DNA of 60,084 nucleotides, the filler included, from Asterionella formosa (lineage: Eukaryota), in assembly GCA_002256025.1 (NCBI GenBank). It is 14 parts of 14 records of this genome, joined end to end, with 100 filler letters (N's around TTAATTAATTAA, not from the genome) between each part and the next. Parts side by side here need not be neighbours in the genome. Positions count along the whole stretch, not along the records: positions 51,606 to 55,799 come from NKIB01013661.1; positions 55,900 to 60,084 come from NKIB01013662.1; 12 more parts are not named here. One strand, 5' to 3'. Positions 52,369-60,084 of the stretch are shown here, piece after piece. The stretch's first letter is position 1. The number at the start of each line of letters is the position of its first letter. The position numbers and the translations under genes were made by a program. A model generated the notes under the pieces. That model searched no databases. It had not been told where the DNA came from and worked only from the letters and a program-made list of their open reading frames with translations.

Positions 52369-54491
52369 AGCAATTCCCGCTCCAGCTATCGTCTTGCCAT
52401 TCGGGTACTTCTAAGTAATTTTTAGGCTCTAAGTAATTTCTTAAGTAATTTTTATTTAAGGGCAATATGGGGCACATCGAATTTTTCGGAAATAAAATTG
52501 CCGATTTTAGCATGACAACCAGAATATCGGTATTATGCATAGAGATGGTACAACAAGCGTAACACACACGAGAATGATTGTAACATGCAACATCAATGAA
52601 AATTGAACATGATGTTTGGAGCAACCAAAGTATGAAATGCGATGTAATAAGTAGCATCAAATGAGAAATAGAAAAAATTGTTTTGGGTTAGAAATGAAAT
52701 AAAAAATAAGAGTTCCAATGGAGACGTATGCATTGTGAATCATTGTAGTACTTACACAGGCAACATTGACTTTCCATCACCATATACAATCGAAGACCGA
52801 AAGAAGAAGAAAAAAAGCTCAACCCAATGTAGACCTGCATCGTTATTTAGCGTCAATGGTCTGGTTGCTGCAACCATGCGCATCGCTGTAGTAGCCTGAC
52901 ACCAGCAGTAGCAGTATTTCCGCCACAGTCATTCCTCTCCACCCACCACCAAACAGGCAACCCGCCTGATCATTCCATTCTGAGAAAGCATGATCGCCAC
53001 GCTGCTCCAGCACTATTGACTCTCTCTAGCTGAGTATTCATGTAGCTTCTGATACGAACTCGCAGTAGAAATGTAGCAAAGCGCGTTAGTACAAGAAAAG
53101 CATTGCTTGGCGGCAATATTGACATCATTGTCAATGACTACACAAATCAACAACGGCACAATACCACATCTTCAATGAGTAGTCATTGATAAATGCATTG
53201 GTTCTTATGTAGATTTGTACAATCGAAACAAAACGACAGTGCGTAACGACAAACAACGATGGAAGCAATCAAAACAAACCACGGAAGCAATCAAATCGGA
53301 AAGTCGATAAATACGATCTACAATCCACATTCAGTGTTTCACTGTTGTACTTACCGATCCGCTTCAACTAGCATAACAACCAGCAGACTATGGGATCAAA
53401 GAAAGACGAAAGTTGCCTATTTCAAGCCCGAATAGAGCAAAGGCAGTCAAGATAGAGTGAGAACTATATTTGTGAGGACGAAATCGGGCATACGGTACGT
53501 AAAATCAATGAATATGTGAACAATATAATTCAACATTTCAGGTCTCGTAAAAATAATACCGAGTCTACAGAGATAATATTATAACGTATTCAAAGTAAGC
53601 GTTAAAGCATAGCTTAAACCATGCATGGTTGTTTTTAGTACCACGTACGTATGTAGACTAGATGACTGCCGGTAACCGGTAGAATATCAATTAAGCATCA
53701 TTACATACATGACCGGAGCAAAACCTTGCCACCAACATCAGATGTATCGATATCATCGTTCATCCGACGAAATATGGACGATGCGACTACATGAATGCCT
53801 CGAGAAGACAAGCAATCTAACAACCAACCGCATCCGTTAGACAACGAGTCGCTTCTGGTGTCAACGCGGAACTGATTTTGCTTCAAACCGGTCATGATGG
53901 ACAACGATTGGCATGGTGAAAGGTGAATTGCCGGAGTCCACTTTTCAGGAGACGAACAAAAACGAGGTGAATTCTAGATATAAATTATTAAAAATCTTTT
54001 TAGTATATAAAATGGTTTCCTTAAGTAGACCCCTTGCCGAATTTGGCTATTCCAGGGCTGGAAAACCGAGGGGCAATCGCCGTCTGTTGTCTTGCCAAAA
54101 TGCGAACATATGAAATATACAAAATATATTTTAATGATGGGCAATATTGGACCTTTGGCAATTTTCGAGGTGAAGATAGGAAATATACAAAATATATTTT
54201 ATATGATGGGCAATAGTAGGCTAAAATTGACATTTATGCTAAATTTGTGGGCAGTAGGTAAGCGAATGACGCGACGATAGCTAGAGCGGGAATTTCCTCA
54301 ACAATACCCTTCTTGGCGGCTACTTGCCTTCTCGTATACATGTGTACTTGACTGGGATGGCACTTGTAGGGTGACCTTCTTGCAGCGATGGGGGCGCCAC
54401 TCATACGGTCAACCTACTTGTGCCACCCAGCCTTGAACACATGTATACTTGCAGGCAAGAGACCACCTCGGGCGTGTATTGCCTTCAGGAA
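52369..54491 (+). mobile_element. Long non-coding dispersed element, long form with internal inverted copy of its own end junction
   Basis: Starts AGCAATTCCCGCTCCAGCTATCGTC. 54273-54294 is the reverse complement of this start; 54295-54490 is an imperfect palindrome of the right end. Confidence 0.75.
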
Positions 54492-55097
54492 TTCCCGCTC
54501 CAGGTACTATCGTCTTGCCATTCAGGTACTTCTAAGTAATTTTTAGGCTCTTTGTAATTTCTTAAGTAATTTTTATTTATGGGCAATATGGGGCACATCG
54601 AATTTTTGGGTATTAAAATTGCCGATTTTAGCATCACAACCAGAATGATTGTAATATGCATGGAGATGGTGCAACAAGCGTAATACACACGAGAATGATT
54701 GTAACATGCAACATCAATGAAAATTGAACATGATGTTTGGAGCAACCAAAGTATGAAATGCGATGTAATAAGTTGTGTCAAATAAGAAATTGAAAAAATT
54801 GTTTTGGGTTATTAGAAATGAAGTAAAAAATAAGAGTTCCAATGGAAACATAGCTATGCATTGTGAATCATTGTAGTACTTACACAGGCAACATTTGCTC
54901 TACTTTCCATTGCCATACAATCGAAGACCGAAAGAAGAAGAAAAAAAGCTCAACCCAATGTAGACCTGCATCGTTATTTAGCGTCAATGGTCTGGTTGCT
55001 GCAACCATGCGCATCGCTGTAGTAGCCTGACACCAGTAGCAGTATTTCCGCCACAGTCATTCCTCTCCGCTGCCCACCAAACAAGCAACCCTGATCA
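54487..55097 (+). repeat. Tandem partial copy of the long element, joined head to tail
   Basis: ...gccttc-AGGAA-ttcccgctcc..., then ~600 bp colinear with 52372-52975. Confidence 0.9.
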
Positions 55098-56493
55098 TTG
55101 ACTTTTTATTTTGTTTTTACATACATAGGGTTTTCTCTAGATGCATTCAATCATTCTCTTGTCATCATCATCATCATCATCATCATCATGAACACTACAT
55201 CACAAACTTGTGTCTTTTTTCTCCTGTTGGAAAAATTCGTTACTCCTATTTCAATGCACCTGGTGTTAACCATTACTCAACAATGGCCATGTTGTCCTCT
55301 AAACATGGAGCAAGGGATTGTGCAGGATTTCCAAAGTGCACTATTATTCTAGTCCACAACCAAGTGGGGTAAAGACCACAACCCTAGTAAACAAGCTTAC
55401 AACCTTAAAATGAATCAGATTCTGCAATACCACTAAATTTATACATGTTCCAACAGGTCAGTGGAATGCTGTGAACAGATGGCATGATATAAAGTTGCTA
55501 CCACAACACTCTGGGAAATGAAGTGAAGGATCCATCAATACTGAAGAAAAACTGCTTTTACCCAGCACTCTTTGACGGAAAACCTAGTCCACAATCTCAT
55601 GAGCTTAGACTAAAACAGAAATTTCAACAGCAGTAAATGTATCACTATTCCGATAGATTAGTGGAATGCTGCGAAAAGATGCCATCATAATGTCGCTGCC
55701 CAAAAACTCAGGAGAACGAGCTTAGGGATCAATCAATACAGAAGAAAATATACGTTAACCCAGCTCAGCTTGAAGTCACACTATTGCGAAGGGCACACGN
55801 NNNNNNNNNNNNNNNNNNNNNNNNNNNNNNNNNNNNNNNNNNNTTAATTAATTAANNNNNNNNNNNNNNNNNNNNNNNNNNNNNNNNNNNNNNNNNNNNA
55901 CCTGGTACCTGGACCAAGCCGATACTCCGTATGTATGATCATACACCATATGTACTACAGTCAGTTGCATAATATCTAAATGGATACAGTATACGCGTGC
56001 CTGCTGACGCCGAAGTTCAGTCGTCGCACTCCCGCCTTCGTTGCTTCCTCATCCTCCTCCCCCTGAATTTGCCGCTGCGTGCCGATGCAGGAACGAATAC
56101 CTCCATATGTATTACAGTACCAGGTACTATGTAACAAGTGTACCTATACCTACATGCCCAACAGGTTGGAATACCACAGAAAACGCCCTGGAGCAGAACT
56201 TTCACCTGCACTGAATCTTCGCATACGACCGTCCGGTAGCCGCTGAGTACCTGGTACTCCGTACCAGCTAAACTTGTATTCTCATGTTGATTATTGTAAG
56301 TTCTTCAGAGCATCACCAAGTGGTTGCAACGTCGACCACTTCTATCGTTGTTGCTGAACTACTAACTAAGTCAGCTTTGCTAAACCGAGCTCCGTCGCTC
56401 ACAGGCAGTAGATGAGCCTTCTTCGCTTTCCTTGCAACCTCAACTGAACTCGACCGCATTCCCCTCAGCATCAGTAGAAGCGGTGACACCTCC

Positions 56494-58584
56494 ATGACCA
56501 GCACAACTGCAACCATGTTCCGTCGAAGACCTCGTCGCTCTCAATTGATGCTCTTTGCTATATTCGTTGCTTCCAATGTTGGCATATCATTGCATGCGTA
56601 CACTTCTCCGAAGCAACAACAGCATCAAGTCCGTTGGAACAACCCTCCTCAATACATGAGTGACGACACTTCCGCAACACAGGACTGCACGGCTCGAACT
56701 GACTTACTACCTCCATGGTTGTCACGTCACGCCGCACGGGATCAAGAGACAGTTGATGATCACCTCGAGGGCCTAGAGTTCGCACTACTGGACTACGGCA
56801 TATCGCCAATGGACGTTCGGGAGGTTGCCTTGACGATGGAAGCGGCGGCCAAAGGCGACGTTGCCAAGTTGGTGGGAATGGTGGAGTTCCTTAGACTGGT
56901 TTTAGAGTTGGAAGATCCAGGAGGAGATCATGTTTTCGTCACGAGATACGTACTGCTGGCCAGTGTCTTGCATTATGGGGATTGTGTGGTAGCGCGAGAG
57001 ACCGGGGTTTATGCGATGGTACGAGATGCGATTTTTGGAGAGCCACGCAATACTGCTTCAAGTCTTTTGCCTTTTTCTCCGACAGAAACCAGCGCTGTGG
57101 AAGTGCACACCAAAGTGATTCAAACAAGAGTTGTAACCGACTATATTCCCACAACTGCCATGGTTTTGCCAAGGAACAACGATGGGTTCGGAGAATACGA
57201 CGAAGAAGTCATGGTGATTGCTCGAGGGGCTGCTCGTATCAAGAGGGCGGAAATTATGACACAAACTGTATTGGGACCCGGAAGAATTCCATCCAAAGAG
57301 GAAGCCATACGAATCAGGGGATTACTTCTTAGTGTCATGGATGATTGGCGAGCCATGGGGATTAGGACTGTTGCTTGTTTGTTTCGATTGAATGGACTCC
57401 TCCATGACTATGAAAACGGAATATCGCAGTACATGGAACGAACCCCCGAGGTGATACACGCGGCTCGAGAGGGACTCTCTGTCTACGCGCCTTTGGCACA
57501 GCGACTAGGAATGCAAAGATTAAAGGCCAAGATTGAAGATTGTGCCTTTCGGATCCTGTACAAGCGGCAATACAACACTGTTTCTAGTCTGTATCAACAC
57601 AATGGGCAAAACATGAAGTCCATCTCCAGGCATTTAGAGAATCAAATATCATCATTACTGCATCAAAACAAAGAGCTAATGAACCAGTTGGATGATATCC
57701 AAATTACATCGCGAGTGAAGGAACCCTACTCATCATGGAAAAAGCTTCTTAAAGTACGTCTCAATCGACAGTCCGGATCTAGGGGAGCTCTTGTGGGGTC
57801 TGGTTCCATGAATACAGCACTGACATCAGCATCCGAACTATCGCTGGTGAACCTTCTAGATGGTGTGGCGTTGCGGATCATCCTTCGTGCAAAAAAGTCT
57901 TCCCCGGACGAACCAGCAGAGACTACACGAGGTCGTGAGAGGCTGTTGTGCTATTATGTCCAGCACTTGGTAAGAACAGAGTGGCCTGACTTAGATGCTA
58001 ACCGGATGAAAGATTATATTATGCATCCGAAACCGAATGGATATCAGAGCCTTCACTACACGTCATCCATTTCAAGTCAAGGCCAACGTTGGCCATTTGA
58101 AATTCAAGTACGAAGTGACGAGATGCATCGCATCGCTGAATACGGCGTTGCGGCTCATTGGGAATACAAGGGTCACCAGCCAGCTGAAGTGTTGACGCCG
58201 TCGCATTTTCAAGCGCTTCCTCAAGCAGAAGAGTCAATTATGCACGAGATTCTTTCAGATGTTGAAGGGGGTCGACCCTTGGGAGCTACCAAGGCTGCGG
58301 AAGAGTCATCATACATTGAAGCTCTTGTTAATGCACAACAAAGCCTGGTTCGGCAAAAAGTTTTTTGCTTCTTTGCCGGCGCAATCGACAACAAAGGCCA
58401 ACTTCTATCATTGCCGGTAGGATCCACTGTTGGTGACGCAATGGAGGAACTCGAAGAACTCACAGGCACAGCCGTAGTTGGGGCGAAAATTCTTGTTAAT
58501 GGCCGAGTGGCAGAATTAAATGACTTTGTGGCGAATGGAGACGTCCTTCTCATAAGTGTCGGAGTTCTCGGAGTTGTATTATAA
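56494..58584 (+). CDS. RSH: RelA/SpoT homologue, (p)ppGpp synthetase, probably plastid-targeted
   Basis: YAPLAQRLGM, SRVKEPYS, DGVALRII, KDYIMHPKPNGYQSLH, FEIQVR, AEYGVAAHWEYK, C-terminal TGS-like domain; hydrophobic signal peptide ending LHA-Y; intronless 696 aa. Confidence 0.95.
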   Translation: MTSTTATMFRRRPRRSQLMLFAIFVASNVGISLHAYTSPKQQQHQVRWNNPPQYMSDDTSATQDCTARTDLLPPWLSRHAARDQETVDDHLEGLEFALLDYGISPMDVREVALTMEAAAKGDVAKLVGMVEFLRLVLELEDPGGDHVFVTRYVLLASVLHYGDCVVARETGVYAMVRDAIFGEPRNTASSLLPFSPTETSAVEVHTKVIQTRVVTDYIPTTAMVLPRNNDGFGEYDEEVMVIARGAARIKRAEIMTQTVLGPGRIPSKEEAIRIRGLLLSVMDDWRAMGIRTVACLFRLNGLLHDYENGISQYMERTPEVIHAAREGLSVYAPLAQRLGMQRLKAKIEDCAFRILYKRQYNTVSSLYQHNGQNMKSISRHLENQISSLLHQNKELMNQLDDIQITSRVKEPYSSWKKLLKVRLNRQSGSRGALVGSGSMNTALTSASELSLVNLLDGVALRIILRAKKSSPDEPAETTRGRERLLCYYVQHLVRTEWPDLDANRMKDYIMHPKPNGYQSLHYTSSISSQGQRWPFEIQVRSDEMHRIAEYGVAAHWEYKGHQPAEVLTPSHFQALPQAEESIMHEILSDVEGGRPLGATKAAEESSYIEALVNAQQSLVRQKVFCFFAGAIDNKGQLLSLPVGSTVGDAMEELEELTGTAVVGAKILVNGRVAELNDFVANGDVLLISVGVLGVVL

Positions 58585-60084
58585 TTATGTATAAATCTTA
58601 AATTGCATTCATGAAAACCAATATCTCGTCAGTCATGTGAGATTTCATGGTGAACAAAACACCTCATAGCAAATGACCATGATTTCTGGTTCATTTTTTC
58701 AACAGTTTTTGAAGCCTAGCAACAGCCAGGGTTGACACAAACAATAATCTCGCACTGGGCATGCATTGGGTGGTTTATGCTATTCTTCTTGGATTGCACT
58801 GTATGCATAACTTGGTGTTAAAGTATCTAGTACTCTTGAGTAGTATAAGTCTATACTTCACTCTCAGCTAGCTATTTCTCGTGATCTACTTCTAGATCTT
58901 TAGTAAACGTCAGAAACTCACTTTCTGCTTTACTTTATTGTGAGCTTTCTACTACTTAGAATAAGCTCCTTCCTAAGATCCATTTTCGATCTTTCAACTT
59001 CTACTTCAATCATCTCGTCATTGTCTTTACCAAAACAATTCTGTGGTCCCTGGGAGCCACATTTACTATAACACATAGTTGGAGCATAATCATAGTTGCA
59101 GTCACTTTTGTGACTCGACTCAAATGATCCCTTCACTATTTGTCAACTTGGTACTCCCTCTGGGTGCTGACCAATTTTGTCAATTTTTAAAATTTCTCTG
59201 GGGCCATTTTGACTTCAAATGTTTTCTCCAGTTTCATTGCCCTATTTTGCGGTATACCTTAAGCTACAGATCCATATAAAGAGAGAAAGGATATATGAGA
59301 GTAAAATTGGCTTTGATTAATTTATTTAGATGCTAATTATTTAAGTACAGAAAAAAATTTACGTTCAATTCTATGTAACTCATAAAAACTCATTTTTTGA
59401 GTAAGCCTACCCCCAAAATAGAAATACAGTGTACTGTCCACATATTTTAATCCATCCCAAAACATGAAAACATGCTTCTTGCAGGCACTTGGGGTTCAGA
59501 AAATCGATGCAGCTGTTATTGGACCAACAAGGCAGCCAGGACTAGCTCAGGGAATATCTTGCTTCACGAAAAGTACTCTTTTGGCGATAACATGCAATTT
59601 AATACTAATAGATTGATAAGTTATCTCAATAAGGTGTTTCCAAATCAATCTTTTGAGCCAAACGAGGTCAAGATTTCTACAGGCAAGAAGGTGATGGTAT
59701 TTCGACGTGAGGATCAAACGAACAAGGGCAAAAGTAGGCAAAGATTTATTCACATTACAGGAAAGGCAGTATCAGCGGTTCCTCAGCTTCCTTCATATGG
59801 TAATTAATCTGAATGGGAAGAGAAATGTGTTCCATTGAAGGGGCCACTAAGAAGTGGAAGTCGGGGTAATGATGGTCAAAATTTTCGTGATGGTCACCAT
59901 GTAAATTCATCTAGTAGTGGTAGTAGTACTTCACCTCGACTATTAGAGAAAGAAATTACTCTACATACTGGTGGCTTTGATTCAAATAGTAAAATTACTA
60001 TGACTGGTCTAGAAGATGAATTAAATTCAAGGAAAAGGAGAAGGACAAGTAAAAAGCAAGAAGGAGAAGGCGAAGAAGCAACTA

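Noticed and set aside
4219..55899. Regularly spaced TTAATTAATTAA every ~4.3 kb
   Set aside because: Always centred in 44+44 N; an artificial stop linker between size-sorted contigs. Any gene cluster read across linkers is spurious.
59472..60084. 111-aa ORF and downstream open stretch
   Set aside because: No recognisable motif and truncated by the window end; cannot be assigned.

Overview
This is eukaryotic DNA, most likely diatom (stramenopile): it has short GT-AG introns, CoDi-like Copia elements, Crypton-type recombinases and a plastid-type RSH. It is not one locus. Fourteen unrelated ~4.2 kb contigs are joined by artificial 100-bp linkers (N44-TTAATTAATTAA-N44), so adjacency across linkers means nothing. 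Host genes: an MFS transporter, CAF1/POP2 deadenylase, the N-terminus of threonyl-tRNA synthetase, a TMEM65 with a GAF-like tail, and a RelA/SpoT homologue. There is also an odd spliced chimeric ORF (copine C2 + Ca-ATPase fragments + PAP2 phosphatase). Most of the rest is mobile DNA: several Copia pieces, a complete 606-bp TRIM, tRNA-derived SINEs (one with a perfect 17-bp TSD), two Crypton-type tyrosine recombinase relics, an IS630/Tc1/mariner relic, and a multi-copy non-coding element with a junction architecture reminiscent of a DIRS internal complementary region. The most unusual signal is the large excess of TA-CCGG-TA / TA-CCWGG-TA motifs. Comparing repeat copies shows these are 6-7 bp insertions at TA sites, which is what transposon excision footprints look like. 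All protein family calls come from motif recognition by eye; no database search was run.
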